The translations under genes and the position numbers were made by a program. Of a stretch of DNA of 49,094 bases, positions 8,309 through 17,764 are shown in pieces. Source of the DNA: Thermoplasmata archaeon. GTDB lineage: Archaea > Thermoplasmatota > Thermoplasmata > Lutacidiplasmatales > UBA184. Position 1 is the stretch's first letter; every line of letters starts with the position of its first letter. Under the pieces are notes generated by a model, which was not told the origin of the DNA, made no database searches, and worked only from the letters and a program-made list of their open reading frames with translations. Where the stretch lies: NCBI GenBank assembly GCA_049800095.1, contig JBARJD010000139.1, positions 1 to 49,094 of the forward strand, in the 5' to 3' direction.

Positions 8309-9571
8309 ATGCCCCAAAGTGGCGCTAGCATCAACCCGTTCGAGACCGCCAAGCGCCAGGTCGACATCGTCGCGGACCTTCTCAAGATCGACGACGGCAC
8401 CCGCGAGGTGCTCAAGCACCCGAAGCGGGAGCTGACGGTCAACTTCCCGGTGCACATGGATGACGGCAGCTACAGGGTCTTCACGGGCTACCGGGTCCAG
8501 TACAGCATGGCCCGAGGGCCCTGCAAGGGCGGCATCCGGTATCATCCCCAAGTAACCCTGGACGAGGTCCGTGCCCTCTCCGCCTGGATGACGTGGAAGT
8601 GCGCCGTGGTCAACCTTCCGTACGGGGGGGCCAAGGGCGGCATCATCTGCGACCCGAAGCACATGAGCAAGGGGGAGCTCGAGCGAATGACCCGTCGATT
8701 CGCGAGCGAACTGATCCCGATCATCGGCCCGGAGATGGATATCCCGGCGCCCGACGTCTACACCGATTCCCAAACGATGGCGTGGATCATGGACACCTAC
8801 TCCCAGGAGAAGGGCTACTCGGTGCCCGGCGTCGTGACCGGCAAGCCGATCGCCATCGGTGGGAGCGAGGGTCGAGGCGAAGCGACCGGCCGCGGCTGTG
8901 CCTACGTCATCCGCGAAGCGGCGCCCCACCTGGGCCTCAAGCTCAAGGGGGCCTCCATCGCCGTGCAAGGATTCGGGAACGCGGGGAGCGTTGCCGCGAA
9001 CATCCTCCACGACGAGTTCGGAACGAACATCATCGCGGTCAGTGACTCCAAGGGAGGGGTCTACAAGACTGACGGACTGAACCTCCACGCGGTCGAGGAG
9101 CACAAGCAAAAGACCGGATCCGTCGTGGGATTCCCGGGCACGAAGCCCGTCTCCAACGAGGAGCTGCTCGAGCTCAAGACCGATGTACTGATCCCAGCGG
9201 CGCTCGAGAACCAGCTCACGAGCAAGAACGCCAACAAGGTGCAGGCCAAGATCATCGCCGAGGCCGCGAACGGCCCGACGGTCCCCGAGGCGGACAAAGT
9301 GTTCTTCGAAAAGAAGATCACCGTTCTGCCGGACATCCTGGCGAATGCCGGCGGCGTTACCGTGAGCTACTTCGAATGGGCCCAGAACATCCAGGGATAT
9401 TCCTGGTCGCTCTCCGAGGTCAACGAACGGCTCAACAAGGTGATGACCGAATCGTACGCCCGGGTCCATGCGGTCGCCGAAGAACGGAAGATCGATAACC
9501 GGACGGCGGCCTATGTGGTCGCGATCCAGCGCGTCGTCGACGCGCTGCGGTGGCGCGGGTTCTTCCCGTAA
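8309..9571 (+). CDS. gdhA: Glutamate dehydrogenase
   Basis: KGGIRYHP, the catalytic-lysine region LPYGGAKGG, the dinucleotide fold QGFGNAG and GGVTVSYFEW are all canonical Glu/Leu/Phe/Val dehydrogenase motifs. Confidence 0.95.
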   Translation: MPQSGASINPFETAKRQVDIVADLLKIDDGTREVLKHPKRELTVNFPVHMDDGSYRVFTGYRVQYSMARGPCKGGIRYHPQVTLDEVRALSAWMTWKCAVVNLPYGGAKGGIICDPKHMSKGELERMTRRFASELIPIIGPEMDIPAPDVYTDSQTMAWIMDTYSQEKGYSVPGVVTGKPIAIGGSEGRGEATGRGCAYVIREAAPHLGLKLKGASIAVQGFGNAGSVAANILHDEFGTNIIAVSDSKGGVYKTDGLNLHAVEEHKQKTGSVVGFPGTKPVSNEELLELKTDVLIPAALENQLTSKNANKVQAKIIAEAANGPTVPEADKVFFEKKITVLPDILANAGGVTVSYFEWAQNIQGYSWSLSEVNERLNKVMTESYARVHAVAEERKIDNRTAAYVVAIQRVVDALRWRGFFP

Positions 9572-9597
9572 GGAACCCCGGGCCTCTTCGGCGAGCC

Positions 9598-10224
9598 GTG
9601 ACCGATCTTCCGACGTGTCGGCTCGCCACGTGGGCGGACCTGGACGCGTGGACCGGCACGGTGGCCGCGAAGGTTCGGGCCGCCGGCCACAGTCCGCAGG
9701 TGATCGTCGGACTCACCCGAGGCGGCTGGGTGCCGGCCCGGCTCGTGGCCGACCACCTGGGCGTGAAGCGGCTCCTCGCGCTCCAGACAGTGCACTGGGG
9801 AGTGACGGCCACGAAGGACGGACACGCCGCCCTCACCGAACGCCTCTCCGGTTCCGTCGAGGGGATCCCGGCGCTCGTCGTGGACGACATCACCGACACG
9901 GGAGAGAGCCTGGCGCTCGCGGCGGAGCATATCCGAACGGAGGGGCGACCGTCCCGCCTCGAGACGGCCACGTGCCTCCACATCACGCACTCGAAGTTCG
10001 TTCCCACATACTTCGCGGAGGAGGTGCCCGCCGACCGGTGGGCATGGGTCGTCTTTCCCTGGACCTACTGGGAGGACCTACGCACCCTGGCGGGGAAGGC
10101 ACTCCCCGAGGGAAAGGATGCGGCCGGCGTGGCCCGAATCCTTCGAGAGACGTGCCATTTGGCGGTGCCGCCGGTCGATGTGGAACGCGCCTTGCGGCAC
10201 GTCGCGGCCCCGTCGCCGGAGTGA
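9598..10224 (+). CDS. Purine/xanthine-guanine-type phosphoribosyltransferase
   Basis: Contains VIVGLTRGGWVPARLVADHLG and the PRPP-binding VVDDITDTGESL. GTG 9598 is preferred; the ORF-track start at 9550 overlaps the gdhA end. Confidence 0.75.
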   Translation: MTDLPTCRLATWADLDAWTGTVAAKVRAAGHSPQVIVGLTRGGWVPARLVADHLGVKRLLALQTVHWGVTATKDGHAALTERLSGSVEGIPALVVDDITDTGESLALAAEHIRTEGRPSRLETATCLHITHSKFVPTYFAEEVPADRWAWVVFPWTYWEDLRTLAGKALPEGKDAAGVARILRETCHLAVPPVDVERALRHVAAPSPE

Positions 10225-10230
10225 CCGACC

Positions 10231-11316
10231 TTAGCTGTCGACGGCGGTGGCCGACGTGGCGGCCGTGCGGTTCTTGAGATACTGCGTCAGGAACCCGGCG
10301 AAGACGAGCGCTGCGAGTCCTCCGGTGATCGCGCCCAGGGTGAGGGGAAGGCTCGAGCCCGGCTGCAGTAGCTCGATGTACTCGACGAGGTAGATGACGC
10401 CGTAGGCCACGAACCCGAGCGAGACGATCGAGAGAATGGCGATCGGGTAGGACCGGGGGATGTGTCCCTTCGCGACGTAGCGCCGAATCGCCCGTCCGGT
10501 CTCCCAGATGATGCCCCCCACGAGCCACCAGACCATCGCGGCGAGGAAGAACTGGAGCAGCCGGTCCAGATTGTTCGCGGCGGTGGGCAGGTAGGCGTTG
10601 TACCCCTCGAGGAAGCCCGCCCCGATGACGCCGATGCCAAAAAGTCCGAAGCCGAAGGCGATGGCGCCCTGACGGATATCCGCCGAAGCGGAGGTGATGG
10701 AGTCGATGATCGCCTCGTCGATGTCAAAGGTCCAGAAGATGAGATAGACTCCGATCAGCAGCAGGAGCCCGATGAAGCCCCAGACCAATTGGCCGGCCGC
10801 TGCCGCCAATCCCAGCACGATGAGGACCAGAGCGAAGGGCAGGACCGTCTTGGCGCGTAGCTTCGGGTCCTTCAGTGCCCGGACGAGGGTGTAGTAGGTC
10901 GATTCGAGGCCGGGCGCTTGACGCACCACCACCCGGCGGACCCCATCGATACGGACCCGCGACGCGAGGATCGGCAGAAGATACTCGTCTTCGGCGCCGT
11001 CGGAAACGAAGTACGCCGCTTCGGCGGGATGCTCCTTGAGCACTTGATCGAGTTGTTCGGCAATCAGCCGGTCGGAGACAACCCCCACCTTCGCGGACCC
11101 AGTCAGGGCGACGACCTGGACCTCGTCATCCTCTTCCCGAAGCTCGTCGTACAATCGAAGCCCCCCGAAGAGGGCGTTCGTGTCGGTGTCTTCGGGGTCC
11201 GCTGTACCGAGCTTCGACGCCGCATCGAGGACGGCCGAGCGGCCGATGATAGGGCCGTGGATGCCGGTCTTGCGACCGATATCATCGTCCCGGTCGACGC
11301 AGACGATGAGCCGCAT
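10231..11316 (-). CDS. Archaeal integral membrane protein, DUF373-like
   Basis: The N-terminal soluble domain starts MRLIVCVDRDDDIGRKTG..PIIGR and is followed by about 7 TM helices. This matches my recollection of the DUF373 family. Confidence 0.65.
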   Translation of the reverse strand: MRLIVCVDRDDDIGRKTGIHGPIIGRSAVLDAASKLGTADPEDTDTNALFGGLRLYDELREEDDEVQVVALTGSAKVGVVSDRLIAEQLDQVLKEHPAEAAYFVSDGAEDEYLLPILASRVRIDGVRRVVVRQAPGLESTYYTLVRALKDPKLRAKTVLPFALVLIVLGLAAAAGQLVWGFIGLLLLIGVYLIFWTFDIDEAIIDSITSASADIRQGAIAFGFGLFGIGVIGAGFLEGYNAYLPTAANNLDRLLQFFLAAMVWWLVGGIIWETGRAIRRYVAKGHIPRSYPIAILSIVSLGFVAYGVIYLVEYIELLQPGSSLPLTLGAITGGLAALVFAGFLTQYLKNRTAATSATAVDS

Positions 11317-11427
11317 GGTGCCACTAAACAGGCTTCCACGGCACTATTAGTCCATTGGTTCAGTTGAACAGACCACTCCCCTAACCCGTCCCCGGAGCCC
11401 CCCGTTTCGCTCGCCGTCCGGGGCACC

Positions 11428-11434
11428 CTTATAG
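11428..11434 (+). promoter_or_regulatory. TATA-like box (CTTATAG) upstream of proS
   Basis: It starts 36 nt before ATG 11464. A similar CTTATAG box precedes the STAND gene. Confidence 0.4.
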
Positions 11435-11463
11435 GGCGGGAACCTCCCCGCGGGCACTCACCG

Positions 11464-12891
11464 ATGGCCGAGCTTCCGGACAAGGCCGAGCACTTCATCG
11501 ATTGGTACCTCGAGGCCGTCGAAGTCGCCGGGCTGACCGACAAACGGTACCCCGTGAAAGGGATGAACGTCTGGACGCCGTATGGCTTCCAGGCCCGTCG
11601 CTTCCTGGATGGGCTGATGATCCGCGGAATCGAGGCGACCGGGTCCCGGGCCGTGGAGTTTCCGACCCTGATCCCTCAGACCGAGTTCCAGAAAGAGAAG
11701 GAACATGTCAAGGGCTTCGACGCGCAGGTGTACTGGGTCACCAAGGGCGGCGCCACCGAGCTCGACATTCCCCTCGTGCTCCGGCCAACGAGCGAAACCG
11801 CGATGTACCCCATCTTCGCGCTGTGGATCCGGTCCCACAAGGACCTGCCGCTCAACGTCTACCAGATCGTGAACACGTTCCGCTACGAGACCAAGACCAC
11901 GCGCCCGTTCCTGCGAATCCGGGAGATCCACTTCTTCGAGGAACACACCTGCCAGCTCACCGACGAAGCAGCCGCCGCACGTTGCCAGTCGAATCTCACC
12001 ACGTTCCAGGGCATCGCGGATGCCCTCGCGCTACCGTTCGTTGCCAGCCGGCGGCCGGAGTGGGACAAGTTCCCGGGCGCGTACTATTCGATCGCGCTCG
12101 ACCTTCCGGTCGGCGGGGCGCATACGCTCCAAGTCGGCACCATTCATCACTATCGCGAAAACTTTTCGCGCCCCTACGAGATCCGATACGAGGATCTTTC
12201 GGGGGAGTTGAAGTTCGTCAACCAGACGACGTTCGGCCTCTCGGAACGCCTCCTCGGTGCGACGGTCGCCTTCCACGGAGACCGACACGGGGTCGTTTTC
12301 CCCTCCTCGATCGCACCCTATCAGGTCGTGATCGTTCCGATCGTGTCGCAAAACAGCGGACCGATCGCGGTGGACGCCGCTCGAACGCTGGCCGGCCGAT
12401 TGGAGTCGCGCGGTCTGCGCGTCCACGTCGACGATTCGGAGGATCGCCCCGGCGCGAAGTACTACCTTTGGGAGTCCCGTGGTGTTCCGTTACGGGTCGA
12501 GATCGGGCCCCGCGAGGCGGCGGCCGGGACCGTGACCGTGGTCAACCGGTTGGGGGAGAAGAAGAGCCTCGGGCCGGGACCGCTCGACGAGCCGATCCTC
12601 CTCGCATTAGCCGACTTCGACCGGGCCTTAGCGGCGCGGGCGCACTCTACGTTCGAAAAGTCGTTCTCAGCGGCGTACCGCCTAGAGGAACTCAAGAATT
12701 CAACCACCGTCCGAATCGTCTCCTGGTGCGGGACTGAGGAATGTGGTCACCAGATCGAACAGGCCATCGAGGGCGCCGTCTTGGGCGTGCCGGAAGGGCC
12801 GCTGCCGATCGACCCCGGCGCACCGGCCGAGTGTATCGCCTGCGGGAAGACGCAGGGGACCCGATGGGCCCTCGCCGGGCGCCCGCTCTAG
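11464..12891 (+). CDS. proS: Prolyl-tRNA synthetase (archaeal/eukaryal type)
   Basis: 475 aa with class II motifs (FRYE.K.TRPFLR.REI), the HGD.GV anticodon-domain region and a C-terminal zinc-binding domain (SWCG..EC...C..CG). Confidence 0.9.
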   Translation: MAELPDKAEHFIDWYLEAVEVAGLTDKRYPVKGMNVWTPYGFQARRFLDGLMIRGIEATGSRAVEFPTLIPQTEFQKEKEHVKGFDAQVYWVTKGGATELDIPLVLRPTSETAMYPIFALWIRSHKDLPLNVYQIVNTFRYETKTTRPFLRIREIHFFEEHTCQLTDEAAAARCQSNLTTFQGIADALALPFVASRRPEWDKFPGAYYSIALDLPVGGAHTLQVGTIHHYRENFSRPYEIRYEDLSGELKFVNQTTFGLSERLLGATVAFHGDRHGVVFPSSIAPYQVVIVPIVSQNSGPIAVDAARTLAGRLESRGLRVHVDDSEDRPGAKYYLWESRGVPLRVEIGPREAAAGTVTVVNRLGEKKSLGPGPLDEPILLALADFDRALAARAHSTFEKSFSAAYRLEELKNSTTVRIVSWCGTEECGHQIEQAIEGAVLGVPEGPLPIDPGAPAECIACGKTQGTRWALAGRPL

Positions 12892-12909
12892 ACGGGACAG
12901 GGAGCCCCC

Positions 12910-13152
12910 TCAGGCGGGGGGCGGGCTCGCGGAGGGCGGCTCGGGCCAGAAGAGCCACAGCCCGGCGACCCCGAAGAGGAGGAGCGTGATCACGACGGCG
13001 TAGACTCCGTTGTCCACCCAAACCCCGTAGGACAAGCCCCACCAGAGGTAGAACACGACGGCGAGCACGACCAAGGCGCCGAACCCCCAGAGCCCCAGCG
13101 TCTGTACCGTGATCGACTCGGAAGTGTGGGGGGTCGCAGCGGAGGCGGACAC
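12910..13152 (-). CDS. Small hypothetical membrane protein (2 TM)
   Basis: 80 aa with two clear hydrophobic, tryptophan-rich helices. No recognisable family. Confidence 0.35.
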   Translation of the reverse strand: MSASAATPHTSESITVQTLGLWGFGALVVLAVVFYLWWGLSYGVWVDNGVYAVVITLLLFGVAGLWLFWPEPPSASPPPA

Positions 13153-13254
13153 GGAAGCGGCCGTCGACCCCCGGTGCTCCCAATAAGCGTTTGGGGGCCC
13201 CGACCTGGGCGGTCCGCTCGCACACCACGCCGGTGGCCCTTGCGGGACCGACCG

Positions 13255-13260
13255 CTTATA
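13255..13260 (+). promoter_or_regulatory. TATA-like box (CTTATA) upstream of the STAND ATPase gene
   Basis: GCTTATAG starts 40 nt before ATG 13295. Confidence 0.4.
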
Positions 13261-13294
13261 GTGGGGGACCTGGATAGTCTACACGAGGACCGGA

Positions 13295-15718
13295 ATGGCG
13301 ACGCGATCGACGACTTCCGGCCGAGCCAAGCCGCTGTTCGGCCGCGCGGAAATCCGCGAGGGCATCCTCCGGCACCTGGACGCGGCCAAGGGGGGCGCCG
13401 GCAGTTGTGTGCTGCTGGTCGGGGAGGGAGGCGTCGGGAAGACGACCATGCTCCGAACCGTGATCGGGGACGCTCGCGAGCGCGGCTTCCAGGTCCTTGA
13501 GGGAGTCGCCCTCCCCGCCGATCCACCGCAGCCGTTCGCCGTCATACAAGACCTCGTCCGGTCGTTGCGGAACGCTCCCCCGACGCTCGATACCCCCGAC
13601 CCCGTTACGACCAGTTTGCCCCTGCTGCTCGCCCCGGTAAAGCAGGACCTATCGGAACCCGGCCGCCCGGTCGGCTTCTTCGACCCGCGGAATAGCGGAG
13701 AGTCCGAAGACCGCCTCCTGGCACTCCTGGCCGGACCCGTCGCGCGGGTCGACGAGAGCCGGATCGAGCTCCATGATCGGGTCTCCTCGTTCCTGAGCGA
13801 CCTGGCGACGCGAACCCCCCTTCTACTCACGGTCGACGACCTACACTTTGCCGACGATTCCAGCTTCCAGTTCCTCCGGGAGTTTGTTCGCATCCTGCCC
13901 GACCGGCGGATCGTGGTGCTCGCCACCAGTATGCCGGAGAGCGAGGCCCCCACTCGAACGGCCTCTTTCCTGAGCGCGCTCGCGGAGACCCCCGGCGTCG
14001 GTCGACTGCCGGTCCGTGCTCTCGCGGAGAACGAACTGCCGGAGTACGTCCGTTGGCTTATGGGCGGACACGAGCCGAGCCGGGACGCGGTGGTGCGTTG
14101 GTTCACGCAGACGGAGGGGAATCCCTTATTCGTCGAGCAGCTCGTACGCGGGTCGATGGGCTTCGGCCCGGCCCCTTCCACCGCTCGAGGCGACCCCGGA
14201 ATCCGCGACCTGGAAGAAGTGCTCCGGGAGCGCGTGCGGTCCCTCAGCGAGACGGACCGGCGCGTCCTAGTCTACGGCGCTGTGCTCGGGAAGGAGTTCG
14301 ACTTCCCGACCCTGCTGGCCGCCGCCGGTATCGACGAGGAACAACTCGCCGAGGCCCTCGATCGGCTCGTCCGAGGTGGGCTATTGCGCGAGAATGGGGG
14401 CGAGATCTATGAGTTCGTGCGCGAAGCGATCCGGGCCGAGGCATACGCCGGTCTCACCGAGACGCGTCGACGAATCCTCCATCGCAAGGCCGCGTTAGCC
14501 ATCGAGCAGGGCTCGCGGGACCCGGGCAGCTCGGTCTTCGAACTCGCACGCCAGTTCTACCTCGCGCACGACGAAACGAAGGCGTTGGATTACAACCGCC
14601 GAGCGGCCCAGCTCGCCACGGCGGCCTACGCCTACGACGCCGCGATCGTGCATCTGCAAAGGGCACTGGAATGCGCCCGCCGGCTCCCGCATCGGGACCC
14701 GGCCACCGAGCTCCGATTGATGATCGAGCTCGGTCGGATCCTCGACGAATTCGGCGACCTCCACCGCTCCGAGGAGGTGCTTCGGGACGCCGTGAACCGG
14801 GCGCGGACCGATCCGTCGCGGGAACCCGACCTGGGCCTCGCGCTGCTCTGGCTTGCCCGCGACCTTCAGAACCAAGGACTGAATGCCGATGCGCGCACCC
14901 TGGCCGAGGAGGCCTTCGCGATCTTTCAGCGCCGCGGGAACCAACGGGGCATTCTGGTCTCCCACCGGGTTCTCGGGGCCGCCAGCATGCGACTCGGCGA
15001 GTTCGCCGATGCCGAACGGCACAATCGGGAGGAGGTAGCGCTCGCCGAGAAGGAGGGCGACAATTGGGAGCGGGGCCACGCCCTCATCGACCTCGCGAAC
15101 ACGATGATCTCCCGAGGTCCGGAAAAGACCGACGAGGCGCTCCGATTGTACGACGCGGCCGGTCAAGTGTTCGCGGAGTCCAAGGACTACGCGGCGCTGG
15201 CCCGCGTCCACATGAACCGGTCTCTCGTCTTCCACAACGTGCAGCGGATGGACGAGGCGATCCAGGAGATCTCGCTCGCCGGCGAGGCGGCGGAGCGGTC
15301 CGGCTCCCGGATCTGGATGGGGTACTGTGCGCTCAACGAGGCGCAGCTCCGCGCCGAGGTCGGTCAGGTGGACCGGGGACGGGCCGCCATCGCCCGGGCC
15401 CGGCACCTGCTCGGACCCTTAGGGGATCAACTGGCCGAGGCGCAGACCACCATGATCGAGGGCATCATAGCCCACACGGCCCGGAAGTTCGACGAAGCGC
15501 GCGAGCGGTACGAAGCCGCGCTCCAGAAGACGTTGGAGCTCAAGCTGAAACCCGATACCGCCGAGATCCAGTTGCGACTCGCCACCCTGGCCCTGGACCG
15601 GGGCGACGCCGACGAGGCCCGGACGCTCCTCCAGGCCTCCTTGGATGGCGGGGTCGTTACGCTCCACGCCGATCTGGCGCCGATGTTGGAGAAGCTCCAG
15701 CGCTCCCTCGGACCCTGA
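13295..15718 (+). CDS. AAA_16/STAND-type ATPase with a C-terminal TPR array
   Basis: LFGRAEIREGILRHLDAAKGGAGSCVLLVGEGGVGKTT (Walker A), LLLTVDDLHFADD (Walker B) and GNPLFVEQL are as in MalT/AfsR-like AAA_16 proteins. The last 400 aa or so are helical TPR-like repeats. No HTH or enzymatic domain was recognised. Confidence 0.7.
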   Translation: MATRSTTSGRAKPLFGRAEIREGILRHLDAAKGGAGSCVLLVGEGGVGKTTMLRTVIGDARERGFQVLEGVALPADPPQPFAVIQDLVRSLRNAPPTLDTPDPVTTSLPLLLAPVKQDLSEPGRPVGFFDPRNSGESEDRLLALLAGPVARVDESRIELHDRVSSFLSDLATRTPLLLTVDDLHFADDSSFQFLREFVRILPDRRIVVLATSMPESEAPTRTASFLSALAETPGVGRLPVRALAENELPEYVRWLMGGHEPSRDAVVRWFTQTEGNPLFVEQLVRGSMGFGPAPSTARGDPGIRDLEEVLRERVRSLSETDRRVLVYGAVLGKEFDFPTLLAAAGIDEEQLAEALDRLVRGGLLRENGGEIYEFVREAIRAEAYAGLTETRRRILHRKAALAIEQGSRDPGSSVFELARQFYLAHDETKALDYNRRAAQLATAAYAYDAAIVHLQRALECARRLPHRDPATELRLMIELGRILDEFGDLHRSEEVLRDAVNRARTDPSREPDLGLALLWLARDLQNQGLNADARTLAEEAFAIFQRRGNQRGILVSHRVLGAASMRLGEFADAERHNREEVALAEKEGDNWERGHALIDLANTMISRGPEKTDEALRLYDAAGQVFAESKDYAALARVHMNRSLVFHNVQRMDEAIQEISLAGEAAERSGSRIWMGYCALNEAQLRAEVGQVDRGRAAIARARHLLGPLGDQLAEAQTTMIEGIIAHTARKFDEARERYEAALQKTLELKLKPDTAEIQLRLATLALDRGDADEARTLLQASLDGGVVTLHADLAPMLEKLQRSLGP

Positions 15719-15741
15719 CCCGCGCGTCGTGGAGCCGGACC

Positions 15742-16539
15742 GTGACCGCGAGCGAGGCGCCCGACGTCCCTGGGATCGTCGGGGAGCATCAGGCCCCCGA
15801 CGGCTCTCCGCTCCCCGACCGCACCTCGCCAACGTTCGAACGGGAGGTCCAGGCGATGTTCACCCACATCGTACGTCGGTACGACTGGTTCGATCATGCG
15901 GCGTCGATGGGCAACGACTACCTCTGGCGCCCGGTGGCCCTGTGGGACCTGTCCCGATTCCGGGCCCAGCAGCCATCGGTGCAACGCATCCTCGACGTCG
16001 GATGCGGTACCGGTGACCTTACCCGACTCGCGGCCCGGTTCTTCCGCTCCGCCCGGGTCGTGGGAGCGGACTTCACCCCGGCGATGCTGCGCATTGCCGA
16101 CGGGAGGACCCGACCCGAGTCGACGGCGCCGCGTGTGGGATACCTGCGCGCCAACGCCCGGAGATTGCCGGTGCCCTCGGGGTCGTTCGACGTGATCATG
16201 TCGGCCTTTGTGGCGCGGAATCTGGTGGACCTTCCCCGCGTTTTCCGTGAGTTCCGGAGAGTGCTTCGACCCCACGGCACCGTTCTGACCCTCGAGATTA
16301 CGGAGCCCGCTTCGCCCCTGATCGGCCGCCTCTTCCACGCGTATTTCGACCACGTCGTCCCATGGCTCGGCGCCGCCGTGCACAGCGCCGGCCCGTACCG
16401 GTACCTCCCCAACTCTCTCCGGACGCTGCCTCCGCGGGCGGAAATGATCCGCCTCATGCAGGACGCCGGGTTTCCCCGGGTCGAGGCGCATCCCCAATCG
16501 ATGGGGATAGTGACGAGCTATCTCGCAGGCGCCGAGTGA
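15742..16539 (+). CDS. ubiE: Demethylmenaquinone/ubiquinone methyltransferase (UbiE/MenG family)
   Basis: F..I..RYDWFDHAASMGNDYLWR, the SAM motif ILDVGCGTGD and the LRPHG..L.LE pattern. The start is inferred at in-frame GTG 15742, just after the preceding stop. ATG 15856 would truncate the conserved N-terminus. Confidence 0.75.
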   Translation: MTASEAPDVPGIVGEHQAPDGSPLPDRTSPTFEREVQAMFTHIVRRYDWFDHAASMGNDYLWRPVALWDLSRFRAQQPSVQRILDVGCGTGDLTRLAARFFRSARVVGADFTPAMLRIADGRTRPESTAPRVGYLRANARRLPVPSGSFDVIMSAFVARNLVDLPRVFREFRRVLRPHGTVLTLEITEPASPLIGRLFHAYFDHVVPWLGAAVHSAGPYRYLPNSLRTLPPRAEMIRLMQDAGFPRVEAHPQSMGIVTSYLAGAE

Positions 16540-16600
16540 TGCGTCGACGCGACCGCCCGGCCCACAGGGATTATGGTGACCGGGAGTTCGGGAGGATCAG

Positions 16601-17764
16601 GTGGATCCGTTGACCGACACACCGTTCGACCCTTTCCGCTACGCCCACGCGCACCGGAAAGAGGTCGCCTGGCTCAGCCAGAACACGAATCACTTGGTCC
16701 CCCCCGAGGTCGTCCAGCCCGCGCTGATCACCGCGATACGGGACCGACTGTACGAGGGGTATCCGTTGGCCTCGGGCCAGATCGGCCTCAAGGAGCTCGT
16801 CCTGGCCGACCTGGGCCTTCCGTCCACCACGGCCACCATCATCTCCGCCGGCGCCACCGAAGCGCTGTACATGAGCCTCCGAGCGCTGCTCCGGGCCGGC
16901 GACGTGGTCCTGGCATCGGACCCCAGCTATCTCATCATCCACAAGTTCATCCAGCTCGCCGGCGCCACGACGCGGGACCTCGACATCTACGCCCCCCCGT
17001 ACAAGTTGACGGCCGAGCGCCTTAGCGAAGCCGTCCTCCCCCACACGCGCATGATTCTCCTCATCGATCCACTCAACCCGCTCGGTTCCGGATACTCGAA
17101 GGAGGAGGTCCGTGCGATCGCGGAAGTGGCCCACGATCACCGGTTGCTCCTCCTGCATGACGTGACGTATCGCGACTTCGCGGACAGCCATGTGCTCGCC
17201 CAGAGCTTTTACCCGGAGCGGACCCTCACCGCCTGGTCCGTCTCCAAGAATTGCGGGCTGGCCGGCCTCCGTCTCGGCGGCATGGTCGGGCCGGACGATC
17301 TCATCAAGGAGGCCCTGCGCTACAACACCAACGACCTGGGGGTCAACGTCCTCGCCCAAGTGGCCGCCGCGGCCGGCCTGGCCACCAAATCGCAGTGGTT
17401 CCCCGCGGTCCGTTCGACGACGCGCGCCAACCAGGAGCGGATTCGGGACCTTGTGTCGGGCCTCCCGGAGGTCACGCTCCCGGTCTTCCCGTCGCAGGCG
17501 AACATGTTCGTGCTCGACATCTCGGCGACCGGCGTTTCGCCGGTGGACCTCCAACGGGAACTCCTGCTGACCCACGGGGTCTTCGTCCGCGCGGGCAACT
17601 ACCTCTCCGTGGCGCACGGCGGAAAATTTGTCCGCGTCTCCTTTTCGAACCCGCCGTCCGATATCGACCGGTTCATCCACGCCTTCCCCATCGCGCTGAA
17701 GACGTTGCGCAAGGAAGCGGAGGTGCCCCCTGCCTCCGTGCCGGCCGCCCCCGGCCCAGCCTAG
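16601..17764 (+). CDS. Class I/II pyridoxal-phosphate aminotransferase
   Basis: It has the SDPSY, NPLNPLG and PLP-lysine SVSKNCGLAGLRLG motifs, and a GTG start. Confidence 0.85.
   Translation: MDPLTDTPFDPFRYAHAHRKEVAWLSQNTNHLVPPEVVQPALITAIRDRLYEGYPLASGQIGLKELVLADLGLPSTTATIISAGATEALYMSLRALLRAGDVVLASDPSYLIIHKFIQLAGATTRDLDIYAPPYKLTAERLSEAVLPHTRMILLIDPLNPLGSGYSKEEVRAIAEVAHDHRLLLLHDVTYRDFADSHVLAQSFYPERTLTAWSVSKNCGLAGLRLGGMVGPDDLIKEALRYNTNDLGVNVLAQVAAAAGLATKSQWFPAVRSTTRANQERIRDLVSGLPEVTLPVFPSQANMFVLDISATGVSPVDLQRELLLTHGVFVRAGNYLSVAHGGKFVRVSFSNPPSDIDRFIHAFPIALKTLRKEAEVPPASVPAAPGPA

Noticed and set aside
13295-15718. An Avs-like antiviral STAND defence protein.
   Set aside because: There is no N-terminal or C-terminal effector (nuclease, protease, TIR, etc.). 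There are no neighbouring defence genes. The NTPase resembles AAA_16 regulatory ATPases. It is kept only as an unusual signalling protein.
14671-15741. The 622-aa ORF 14671-16539 as one protein, meaning a long N-terminal extension on UbiE.
   Set aside because: The first 357 codons lie inside the STAND/TPR gene in another frame and translate to R/G/P-rich nonsense. UbiE homology begins just after in-frame GTG 15742.
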